Part shown: positions 1 to 7,266 of the stretch, one piece after another | Layout: every line of letters begins with the position of its first letter | Position numbering within the stretch: the first letter of the stretch is position 1 | Source: a virus | Lineage: Duplodnaviria; Caudoviricetes | Length of the DNA stretch: 58,833 nt | Virus record (IMG/VR): IMGVR_UViG_3300021373_001106 | Coordinates: 1-58,833 of that record | Reading direction: 5' to 3' (one strand) | Position numbers and translations under genes: made by a program | The notes under the pieces: model-generated | Databases searched by the model: none | What the model saw: the letters and a program-made list of their open reading frames with translations, nothing else | Told to the model about the DNA's origin: nothing

Positions 1-51
1 TTTTTTAATAAAATAGAGTAAAAACCGTCAAAACCGTCAAAGTATTTGATA
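1..51. repeat. Imperfect terminal direct repeat, left copy (partner 58783-58833)
   Basis: 1-51 and 58783-58833 align at 47/51, with mismatches at positions 17, 35, 38 and 42. Confidence 0.85.
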
Positions 52-113
52 ATCAATAAGTTACGATTTTGAAACCGTCAGAAAACCGTCAGGATTCTGA
101 CGAAAACCGTCAG
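21..113. repeat. Iteron-like AAACCGTCA repeat cluster (putative origin or operator)
   Basis: AAACCGTCA at about 22, 31, 72, 83 and 104, plus inverted repeat CTGACG-AAAAC-CGTCAG at 97-113. Confidence 0.7.
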
Positions 114-200
114 CTTTGGCTTAAAAAACTGTGAGATGTATATAATTTGGGGGTAATATACTACTATATACGTGCGTGCGTGTATAGAAAAACGGTTTTA

Positions 201-361
201 TTTTTTGGGGTGGGGGTGTTGTTTTGGTTGGTCTTGGTGGATTTTTTGCCGTTTTTGTGGGGTGTGCTGTGGGTGTTGGTGGTGGGTGCTGTTTGTCGCT
301 GTTGTTGTTTGGCGTTGTTTTGTGGTGCGTATCCCTTACCCCGCACCCGTACCCCGTACCC
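201..361. other. Strand-skewed non-coding GT-rich tract followed by C-run repeats
   Basis: Only one A in 201-330; ACCC(C)GT-type repeats at 333-364. Confidence 0.75.
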
Positions 362-606
362 GTATTTTTTAATATTAAATTATCCGTTTTAAAACGTTTA
401 AAAGTATTTAAACACCCTTAGAAAGGGAATTATATCCCGCCCCCATTTAGCCCAAATAAATAAAAATATTTTTCTATCTCTGTTATTCCTCTGTTAAATT
501 GGTGTAAAAAGTAATATATTTTGTTTAAGGTTGCTAAACTTTTTTTCTCCCCTAGCGATCCTCTATTAATTAGCAAATCAAAAAGGTTAAACAAACCACA
601 GTTTAA

Positions 607-648
607 TTTGGTGTTGTAAAATAGTTGTTTCTATATTAGCTGTCGAAA
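607..648 (+). promoter_or_regulatory. Early promoter (Bacteroidota-type -33 TTTG, variant -7 TATATTAG) with CTGTCGAAA box
   Basis: TTTG 607-610, 21-nt spacer, TATATTAGCTGTCGAAA 632-648, upstream of ORF 668. Confidence 0.6.
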
Positions 649-667
649 ACAATAAATAAATAATACA

Positions 668-1039
668 ATGCTTAAAACTAACTCAAAGAAATATTTAAAT
701 AATATTCAAAATTATATAATTGATTCAATAGATGGCGAAGGCTACGACATCAAGACAGAAACACCAACCGAAAAACTACAGTTTTTATTTGATTGTTTTG
801 AGGTAGAATTTAACTATAAAAATAATAAATTGAGATACCCTAATTTTCAAAATAGGTTTGCAAATTGGTTGCAAGGTTTACCCTCTTCAATTAGTATTCC
901 ACACCAATACAATAAAATCTTAGAACTATCTAAAAACTTGCTAGAGGTGGACACGTTAAGCGAAAAATTAGAGGATCAAATTATTAAAAATTACTGGTCA
1001 TTTATGGCCTTCCACATAATTAAACTTAAAAACAAATGA
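668..1039 (+). CDS. Hypothetical early protein
   Basis: 123-aa ORF after promoter motif, A-rich leader, ATGA overlap with next ORF. Confidence 0.75.
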   Translation: MLKTNSKKYLNNIQNYIIDSIDGEGYDIKTETPTEKLQFLFDCFEVEFNYKNNKLRYPNFQNRFANWLQGLPSSISIPHQYNKILELSKNLLEVDTLSEKLEDQIIKNYWSFMAFHIIKLKNK

Positions 1040-1179
1040 AAGAATATAATTTACTATATAACAAACTAATAAATAAAACTATAACTAAAATAGAGGAAAA
1101 AAGACTGTTTGAATTAGCTTTTGGAACAGAGTTTATGAAATCAAACGACAAAGGAACTTTAAAAGAATATAAATTATGA
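1036..1179 (+). CDS. Small hypothetical protein (47 aa, not in ORF track)
   Basis: MKEYNLLYNKL...EYKL; ATGA coupling at both ends. Confidence 0.6.
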   Translation: MKEYNLLYNKLINKTITKIEEKRLFELAFGTEFMKSNDKGTLKEYKL

Positions 1180-1316
1180 ATATTAAAAATAAAATAAACT
1201 TTATAAAAAGACACATAAAGCACACTCATAATGAGGTAGATTTTAAAGATTTAATGTCATTCAACGAACAAGAAATAAATGAAATTTACGAACAAATAAT
1301 TGAAGACTCTTTGTAA
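1176..1316 (+). CDS. Small hypothetical protein (46 aa, not in ORF track)
   Basis: MNIKNKINFIKRH...EDSL; ATGA coupling. Confidence 0.55.
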   Translation: MNIKNKINFIKRHIKHTHNEVDFKDLMSFNEQEINEIYEQIIEDSL

Positions 1317-1336
1317 AACCTATAAAAATAAAACAA

Positions 1337-1549
1337 ATGAAAGAAACTAAATTATACATTGTTTTAGATGAGGAAACACTAAACACAATGAAAGGAAAAG
1401 GAAATAAAACTGCTAAATTCAAAACCTTTAAAGAAGCAAATAATAGAGCATCTGAAAAACTAGAAATATGGACAGTTGTTGAAGTTTGGTTTGAACATAG
1501 TTGGATACATCACAGAGTAAAAGAATTAAAAGCTCTAGATACTATATAA
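1337..1549 (+). CDS. Hypothetical early protein
   Basis: 70-aa ORF with A-rich leader. Confidence 0.65.
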   Translation: MKETKLYIVLDEETLNTMKGKGNKTAKFKTFKEANNRASEKLEIWTVVEVWFEHSWIHHRVKELKALDTI

Positions 1550-1557
1550 ATTTTTAT

Positions 1558-1574
1558 TATATTAGCTGACGAAA
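1558..1574 (+). promoter_or_regulatory. Early promoter/operator motif, copy 2
   Basis: Intergenic TATATTAGCTGACGAAA. Confidence 0.6.
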
Positions 1575-1595
1575 TTAATATTTAAATAATACACT

Positions 1596-2306
1596 ATGTT
1601 AGAATATAAACCTATAAAAAATCTACTCTCTAAGGGTGGGAACACCAAAACAGATAAGAACGAATTTAAAACTTATAATTTAAGTTTGTCACCTTATACC
1701 CATAATAAAAAGGGCGTGAACATATGCCCGAAAGCGTCTAAAGGTTGTGCAATGGCGTGTTTAGTTCAGTCGGGCAGGGGTAAATTTAAAAATGTCTCAG
1801 AGGCTCGAATTAATAGAACAAATTATTATTTATATAATAAACAAATGTTTCTTTTTCAATTGGCAAATGAGATTAATCAAATTGCCTCAAGTGGCGAAAA
1901 TGTAGCTCTGAGGCTTAACACGTTCAGCGATATAGATTTTGTTTATCAACTAAAAAAACATTGCAACGTTGATTTATTAAATGATCCTTTATATAAAAAT
2001 ATTATTGTCTATGATTATACGGCTATAATTGGTAAAGTCAAAAAATATTTGGGGACTAGATACCATTTGACACTATCTAGAAAAGAGGACAACGAACACG
2101 AAATAATGGAGGCTTTAAACAGTGGGTGCAATGTGTCGGCTGTATTTATGGATAAATTACCTAAAACTTACAAAGGTTTTAAAGTGGTAGACGGTGACAA
2201 AACAGACTTAGAAATGACTAAATATAAAAACGTAATACTGGGACTACTTGCAAAAGGTAAAGAGGCAAAGCAAGACAAGACTGGATTTATAATTAAAAAC
2301 AAATAA
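1596..2306 (+). CDS. GP88-like phage protein (Cys cluster, possible Fe-S binding)
   Basis: CPKASKGCAMAC, RLNTFSD, YDYT and VVDGDKTD motifs recalled for the phage GP88 family. Confidence 0.7.
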   Translation: MLEYKPIKNLLSKGGNTKTDKNEFKTYNLSLSPYTHNKKGVNICPKASKGCAMACLVQSGRGKFKNVSEARINRTNYYLYNKQMFLFQLANEINQIASSGENVALRLNTFSDIDFVYQLKKHCNVDLLNDPLYKNIIVYDYTAIIGKVKKYLGTRYHLTLSRKEDNEHEIMEALNSGCNVSAVFMDKLPKTYKGFKVVDGDKTDLEMTKYKNVILGLLAKGKEAKQDKTGFIIKNK

Positions 2307-2307
2307 A

Positions 2308-2490
2308 ATGGAAAATATAATAAGAAACGTACAACACTTGAGCAGAAAAATGTTCAGTAAAGAGGTTGCAAAGATGCACTACTCTAAAGACAGATTAAAC
2401 GGATTCACGATGGATCAACTTCTAGAGCTTGAAAGATGGTTTAAAAAGGAAGTATTAATTAAAAACCAAATCAAATACAATGATAAATAA
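2308..2490 (+). CDS. Hypothetical protein
   Basis: 60-aa ORF packed against its neighbours. Confidence 0.6.
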   Translation: MENIIRNVQHLSRKMFSKEVAKMHYSKDRLNGFTMDQLLELERWFKKEVLIKNQIKYNDK

Positions 2491-2632
2491 AGTAACAAAA
2501 GAGGATTGCCTAGATGCCATTGAGTATCTATATGGACAAGGATTTATAGAAGAAATGTCAAGGGATCAAAAATGGGCAGTTGAAATACTGCTTAAAAAAG
2601 TAGCTAATAATTATAAACTAAAATTAAATTAA
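2480..2632 (+). CDS. Small hypothetical protein (50 aa, not in ORF track)
   Basis: MINKVTKEDCLDAIEYL...KLKLN; fills the gap to 2634. Confidence 0.55.
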   Translation: MINKVTKEDCLDAIEYLYGQGFIEEMSRDQKWAVEILLKKVANNYKLKLN

Positions 2633-2633
2633 A

Positions 2634-2996
2634 ATGGGAAGATATTATAATGGAGATGTTGAAGGTAAATTTATGTTTGCTGTTCAGGGTAGCGATGCAC
2701 ACGAAAGATTTGGTGCAGTCGAAGAAGAATCAAACTACATAAATTATGTAGTGCATAGAGATAGTTATGCAGAGATATGTGCAGAGCTTGAAAGTATAAA
2801 AAACAATTCATCTATTGAAAAGGTAGATAAAATGTTCAATGAAAAATCAGGGTATAACGATGATATTAAAAAGGAGTTTGGTGTGAGTGAAAAGGATTTG
2901 TCAGAGTATGCAGATTATGAGATAGGAATCCAGTTAAAAGAATTCTTTGACGATCACCCTGATGTACACGAATGTAGATTTGATGCAGAGATATGA
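2634..2996 (+). CDS. Phage hypothetical protein
   Basis: MGRYYNGDVEGKFMFAVQ N-terminus resembles phage hypotheticals I recall; acidic; ATGA coupling. Confidence 0.7.
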   Translation: MGRYYNGDVEGKFMFAVQGSDAHERFGAVEEESNYINYVVHRDSYAEICAELESIKNNSSIEKVDKMFNEKSGYNDDIKKEFGVSEKDLSEYADYEIGIQLKEFFDDHPDVHECRFDAEI

Positions 2997-3211
2997 AAGA
3001 AAATAAACAAATAGAAGAATTAATAACCGAAATAGCTTGGGACTTATGGCAAACAGAGTCACGACCCAAAGAACTAAAAAGTAAATATAAATCACTAAAA
3101 AAAGAGATAGACAGTGAATTTTATAATCTAATAGTTGAAAAACATAAGTTTATAAAACAAAAATCTTTAGAAATAAAACAGTTAACAAAAGAATATGAAA
3201 GAAATAGATAA
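2993..3211 (+). CDS. Hypothetical protein
   Basis: 72-aa coupled ORF. Confidence 0.6.
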   Translation: MKENKQIEELITEIAWDLWQTESRPKELKSKYKSLKKEIDSEFYNLIVEKHKFIKQKSLEIKQLTKEYERNR

Positions 3212-3443
3212 AAATAAAATGGATTTAAAAAATATATCAAGTGAAGACTTGAGAAATGAACTAGAATTAAGAGGATATTATACTGAAAATTTATGGCACG
3301 TAGAGGATGTGTTTCAAAAGTATGATTGTGAGCCAGAAGAAGCTCAGGAAATATTAAATAGTTCTTTAACAAATGAATGGATAACTGAGCAAATATTTAC
3401 AACAATAAATGAAATTTCAAATGATTATAAACTAAAATTATGA
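3195..3443 (+). CDS. Hypothetical protein
   Basis: 82-aa acidic ORF within the operon. Confidence 0.65.
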   Translation: MKEIDKNKMDLKNISSEDLRNELELRGYYTENLWHVEDVFQKYDCEPEEAQEILNSSLTNEWITEQIFTTINEISNDYKLKL

Positions 3444-3592
3444 ATATAGAATTAAAACAAGAAAAATTAACAGTATATAAAGATGTAATAACCATTATGA
3501 ATGATGGATTAAACAATGACAGAAAATTAACATCTGAGATACTTAGAGAATTAAGATTTAAAATAGAACAACTTATAGTAAGTGATTATTAA
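3440..3592 (+). CDS. Small hypothetical protein (50 aa, not in ORF track)
   Basis: MNIELKQEKL...VSDY; ATGA overlap. Confidence 0.55.
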   Translation: MNIELKQEKLTVYKDVITIMNDGLNNDRKLTSEILRELRFKIEQLIVSDY

Positions 3593-3602
3593 AAAAAATT
3601 AA

Positions 3603-3619
3603 TATATTAGCTGACGAAA
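3603..3619 (+). promoter_or_regulatory. Early promoter/operator motif, copy 3
   Basis: TATATTAGCTGACGAAA, identical to 1558-1574. Confidence 0.6.
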
Positions 3620-3640
3620 ATAATAATTAAATTAAACAAT

Positions 3641-3775
3641 ATGAGAATAGATAAACTTTTAAAGCAACTGAAATGGTTCAATGATTTTGCTGATAAACTA
3701 GAACAAGAAGATCTAGAGATGTATTTAAAATCCTGCGAGTATGCAGACCAAAAAGATAGAGATGAAATATTTTAA
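3641..3775 (+). CDS. Small hypothetical protein (44 aa, not in ORF track)
   Basis: MRIDKLLKQLKWFNDF...DEIF, directly after the promoter motif. Confidence 0.55.
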   Translation: MRIDKLLKQLKWFNDFADKLEQEDLEMYLKSCEYADQKDRDEIF

Positions 3776-3923
3776 TAGAAGATTAAGACATAAAAGATAT
3801 GTTGAAAATAGAGTACACGAAATAAGGTACGAAATATGTATGGATGCCATACATAAAGGAGATATAAACCAATTAAAAAGACATTGGTTACTAAAGTATA
3901 ACGAACACTTAAAACACTTATAA
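3762..3923 (+). CDS. Small basic hypothetical protein (track start 3741; 3762 more likely)
   Basis: MKYFNRRLRHKR...; TAATG coupling to the next gene. Confidence 0.5.
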   Translation: MKYFNRRLRHKRYVENRVHEIRYEICMDAIHKGDINQLKRHWLLKYNEHLKHL

Positions 3924-4231
3924 TGAAAGTAAGAATTATGCAACGAAGTGTGTACCATAAGTACGCAGAAAAAGAATATGAAATAGATAAAAAAAGGTAT
4001 CTGGAGTATCTGGAAGAAAACGGCAAGAATGAAAATGGAGAATATTATCACGATCTACAAGACTACATTTTAGACAATGAAGATGTCTGGGTGGATGATA
4101 TAGATCACGAAATAAATAAGGCGGAGTTTGTTTTTGGAATGGGTATAGATAATGGGGATTGGACAGACAAAGATCAAGACTCTGAATGGAGATACGAATG
4201 TGAAGAATTAAAAGAAGGGGGACACTTATAA
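3923..4231 (+). CDS. Hypothetical acidic protein
   Basis: 102-aa coupled ORF. Confidence 0.65.
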   Translation: MKVRIMQRSVYHKYAEKEYEIDKKRYLEYLEENGKNENGEYYHDLQDYILDNEDVWVDDIDHEINKAEFVFGMGIDNGDWTDKDQDSEWRYECEELKEGGHL

Positions 4232-4380
4232 TGGAAGAATCAGAATGTTGTGGTGCAGAGATCAAATGGACAGATATATGCACCGAGTGTGGCGAACACA
4301 CAGAACCAAGAGAATTAGAGGCTTGGGGACCGAGCAATGAGCAAATAATTAAATGGAAAAAAGAAAATAAAATAAAATGA
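4231..4380 (+). CDS. Small Zn-ribbon-like protein (49 aa, not in ORF track)
   Basis: MEESECCGAEIKWTDICTECGEH; two Cys pairs; coupled on both sides. Confidence 0.6.
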   Translation: MEESECCGAEIKWTDICTECGEHTEPRELEAWGPSNEQIIKWKKENKIK

Positions 4381-4721
4381 TAAAAGAAATAGCAAACGTA
4401 ATAATCAGAAATGAATATACGGACTTAACAGATATAAGTTTATATAGCTCGAGATCTGCTGATGGATATCCAATATATGTATTAAAGGATGAAAGTGTAG
4501 GAAGGATAGTAGAAGAAGAAAATATATTTATAAAAAAGGATGACTTAATTGATGTGTTGGTAGGTGATTATATTGCAGGATACAGCTCTATGCTTGAAGT
4601 ATATGTAAGTAATGACTTAATAAAAGAAGTCATTGATGAATTAGAATTCTTACTACTTCCAGAAGAGGAGTATGAAGATGAAGATCGAAAGTATGACGAG
4701 TATAAAGATGATAAATTATGA
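4377..4721 (+). CDS. Hypothetical acidic protein
   Basis: 114-aa coupled ORF. Confidence 0.65.
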   Translation: MIKEIANVIIRNEYTDLTDISLYSSRSADGYPIYVLKDESVGRIVEEENIFIKKDDLIDVLVGDYIAGYSSMLEVYVSNDLIKEVIDELEFLLLPEEEYEDEDRKYDEYKDDKL

Positions 4722-5374
4722 AAGTATTAGAATTATTTGCAGGATCACGAAGTGTGGGTAAAGCGTGTGAAGAGTTAGATTATGAAGTTTATTCTTCTGA
4801 CATTAATGCTTTCCCAGACATAGACTATGTTACAGACATCAGAGATTTTGATATAGATAAAGTTCCTTTTGTTCCTGATATTATATGGGCAAGTCCACCT
4901 TGTACTTATTTTAGTGTAGCTAGCATTGGAAAGCATTGGAATAAAGACCACACACCAAAAAGCGACAACGCAATGTTTGGAGTAGAAATAGTGAGTGCAA
5001 CTTTATATATAATAAATGTATTTAAAAGTATGAATCCTAACTTAATATGGTATATGGAAAATCCAAGAGGAAAATTAAGAAAGTTAAGTGTAGTGGATGG
5101 ACTGCATAGAAACACAGTCACGTATTGTCAGTATGGAGACACTAGAATGAAACCAACTGACGTATGGACTAACAATTTGAATTGGAAACCCAGACCAATG
5201 TGTAAACCTTTCAAATATGACTACAGCTCTAACCCTGAAGGAGAGGTTATAGATAGACATTGCCATCACGATGCCTCACCAAGAGGAACTCAAACTGGAG
5301 GCACACAAAAATTAAAAGGAAACCACGAGAGAAGTAAAATACCTCACGAACTATGTATAGAAATATTAAAATAA
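4718..5374 (+). CDS. DNA cytosine-C5 methyltransferase-like protein (orphan)
   Basis: Motif I LELFAGS, motif IV ASPPC, motif VI ENP, YCQYG...KPT. Confidence 0.85.
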   Translation: MKVLELFAGSRSVGKACEELDYEVYSSDINAFPDIDYVTDIRDFDIDKVPFVPDIIWASPPCTYFSVASIGKHWNKDHTPKSDNAMFGVEIVSATLYIINVFKSMNPNLIWYMENPRGKLRKLSVVDGLHRNTVTYCQYGDTRMKPTDVWTNNLNWKPRPMCKPFKYDYSSNPEGEVIDRHCHHDASPRGTQTGGTQKLKGNHERSKIPHELCIEILK

Positions 5375-5413
5375 AGTTTGGGTTGTTGGGGGTGGTTTGG
5401 GCTAACCCAAACT
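5375..5413 (+). terminator. Stem-loop after MTase 1 (putative terminator) with G-rich loop
   Basis: AGTTTGGGTT 5375-5384 pairs with AACCCAAACT 5404-5413; followed by ATTTATTT. Confidence 0.45.
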
Positions 5414-5431
5414 ATTTATTTAAAAATAGAT

Positions 5432-5508
5432 CACTTTTCGTACAGTTTTTTACAGTCCGACCACTTTCTGACCACTTTTTAACAGTTAAAACATAAATTA
5501 TGAAAATA
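5432..5508 (+). repeat. Direct repeat copy A upstream of MTase 2
   Basis: CACTTTTCGTACAGTTTTTTACAGT + about 30-bp insert + TAAAACATAAATTATGAAAATA. Confidence 0.8.
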
Positions 5509-6117
5509 TTAGTAGCTTGTGAAGAAAGCCAAGCAGTAACAAAAGAATTTAGGAAGCTAGGTCACGAGGCTTATAGTTGTGACATATTAGAATGCAGTGG
5601 AGGTCATCCTGAATGGCACATACAAGAAGATGTCAGTAAACTATTAAAAGAAAAATGGGATATGATAATTGCATTTCCTCCTTGCACTTATTTAACAGTC
5701 ACAGGAAATAGATGGTTCAATATTGAAAAGTATGGAGACAAAGCAATTAAAAGACATCAAGACAGAGAAGAAGCAATTAAGTTTTTTATGATGTTTGCCA
5801 ATGCAAATTGCGATAAGATAGCTATTGAAAACCCTGTAGGCGTAATGAGTACAGAATGGAGAAAGCCTAATCAAATTATTCAACCTTATGAGTTTGGCGA
5901 TCCTTTTGAAAAGAAAACTTGTTTATGGTTGAAAGGTTTAAAAAACTTAGAACCAACTAATATTGTTAAACCACCTGAAAGACAAAAATTTAAAAGTGGT
6001 AAAAGTATGCCTAGTTGGTATGCTGATGCCTGGAAACTACCAAAAGAAGAAAGAAGTAAATTAAGAAGTAAAACATTTCCTGGAATTGCCCAGGCAATGG
6101 CAAAACAATGGAAATAG
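5500..6117 (+). CDS. Second DNA cytosine methyltransferase-like protein
   Basis: FPPCTYL (catalytic PC), IENP, KKTCLWLKGL, RSKTFPGIA; non-canonical motif I (VACEES). Confidence 0.75.
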   Translation: MKILVACEESQAVTKEFRKLGHEAYSCDILECSGGHPEWHIQEDVSKLLKEKWDMIIAFPPCTYLTVTGNRWFNIEKYGDKAIKRHQDREEAIKFFMMFANANCDKIAIENPVGVMSTEWRKPNQIIQPYEFGDPFEKKTCLWLKGLKNLEPTNIVKPPERQKFKSGKSMPSWYADAWKLPKEERSKLRSKTFPGIAQAMAKQWK

Positions 6118-6119
6118 TA

Positions 6120-6166
6120 CACTTTTCGTGCAGTTTTTTACAGTTAAAACATAAATTATGAAAATA
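6120..6166 (+). repeat. Direct repeat copy B downstream of MTase 2
   Basis: CACTTTTCGTGCAGTTTTTTACAGTTAAAACATAAATTATGAAAATA. Confidence 0.8.
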
Positions 6167-6283
6167 GATATAAGATCAAAAGAAAGTTTATATGTTGAAT
6201 TGAATGGATATATTTATTATATTGACGATTCAACTAATGAACAAATTATAAAAAAATGGAATACGAAAGCGATACCACAATGA
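6158..6283 (+). CDS. Small hypothetical protein (41 aa, not in ORF track)
   Basis: MKIDIRSKESLYVELNGYIYYIDDSTNE...; starts inside repeat copy B. Confidence 0.6.
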   Translation: MKIDIRSKESLYVELNGYIYYIDDSTNEQIIKKWNTKAIPQ

Positions 6284-6399
6284 AAGGATTAAAAGTAAAT
6301 TGGATTTCTGAGTTAATTTTAAAAGAAAAACTAAAAGACAATCCTAACCAAATGAGAATCAGAGAGTTACAACTTTTATGGGATAATTTACCTGACTAA
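6280..6399 (+). CDS. Small hypothetical protein (39 aa, not in ORF track)
   Basis: MKGLKVNWISEL...NLPD; ATGA coupling. Confidence 0.5.
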   Translation: MKGLKVNWISELILKEKLKDNPNQMRIRELQLLWDNLPD

Positions 6400-6400
6400 A

Positions 6401-6433
6401 TTTGGATATTACATAGACAAATATTATATTAGC
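6401..6433 (+). promoter_or_regulatory. Promoter for the replication/recombination module
   Basis: TTTG 6401-6404, 20-nt spacer, TATATTAGC 6425-6433. Confidence 0.55.
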
Positions 6434-6532
6434 AAACTAAAATGGCACAAAGCAAAAGACAATACGAAAATTTAATTATAATGAATAGTCACGATTTTTA
6501 TGACTATGAATACTACAATTTAATACAATCAA

Positions 6533-6835
6533 ATGACGAAAGAAGAAGCACTTCAGAAAATAGAGAAGGTAGTGTTGGACAAGCTCCAAGTACCAGTTGA
6601 AAAATTATTTCACAGCTCTAAAAAAAGAAATCACATTGATGCAAGGCAAATTTTTTTCTACTTATGTAAAGATAGAAACATAAGACCTTGTTACATTCAA
6701 GACTACATTCTTAGTGAACACAATCATAAGATGGCTCATTCCAATATATTATATGGACAAGCAAAAATTAAAAACTATATGAGAGTGGATGCTGATCTAA
6801 GAAACCTTGTAAAGGAATTAAAATGTTCAGTCTAG
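6533..6835 (+). CDS. DnaA C-terminal (domain IV)-like HTH DNA-binding protein
   Basis: SSKKRNHIDARQIFFYLC...HSNILYG resembles the DnaA-IV pattern R.R....ARQ.AMYL...DHTTV. Confidence 0.65.
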   Translation: MTKEEALQKIEKVVLDKLQVPVEKLFHSSKKRNHIDARQIFFYLCKDRNIRPCYIQDYILSEHNHKMAHSNILYGQAKIKNYMRVDADLRNLVKELKCSV

Positions 6836-7266
6836 AGGATATCTGGAACCAAGCCACCAACACTAGGTCAACTGTTTTTATGGATAACAGCAAGTTTGAA
6901 AAAGCTATTCTCCATAAAGGAATTAAGATGACCAACGAAAGAGGTACTTATACAATAGTTAAGTCATCAAGTCCTTACTACGATGAGATAGCTGATGAAG
7001 AGTATGACGTATTTCTAGAGAAGGGTTGGGTTATAGGCAGATTAAATGTCTTAATGAATGAATGCGAAGAAGAACTAGATAGTTTATTTATAAAAATTAG
7101 GAATTGTTACCAAGATAACAATCGAAAGTCTTTACTTTTCTACAAAACACGAAAAGAGAAGGTACTAAGTAGGTACAGTAAATATCATAAACAATTAAAT
7201 CAAATCAATGGAAAAGTTAATGAAAATCCAATCGGAGTTAAAAGCTCCAAAGAACCAATACAATAG
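6823..7266 (+). CDS. Hypothetical protein
   Basis: 147-aa ORF within the operon. Confidence 0.65.
   Translation: MFSLEDIWNQATNTRSTVFMDNSKFEKAILHKGIKMTNERGTYTIVKSSSPYYDEIADEEYDVFLEKGWVIGRLNVLMNECEEELDSLFIKIRNCYQDNNRKSLLFYKTRKEKVLSRYSKYHKQLNQINGKVNENPIGVKSSKEPIQ

Noticed and set aside
21-113. Possible CRISPR or mini-array
   Set aside because: Repeats are about 9-10 bp with irregular short spacing, no spacer-sized unique units and no cas genes
147-421. Four overlapping ORFs (147, 164, 172, 224) in the GT-rich tract
   Set aside because: The absence of A removes stop codons on the + strand; the products are low-complexity (V/G/C/F/W or T/N/K/Q) with no proper leader
2610-3440. 17-bp repeat ATTATAAACTAAAATTA at 2610-2626 and 3424-3440
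   Set aside because: Low-complexity AT sequence matching the A-rich translation-initiation context of Bacteroidota; too weak to call a cassette boundary
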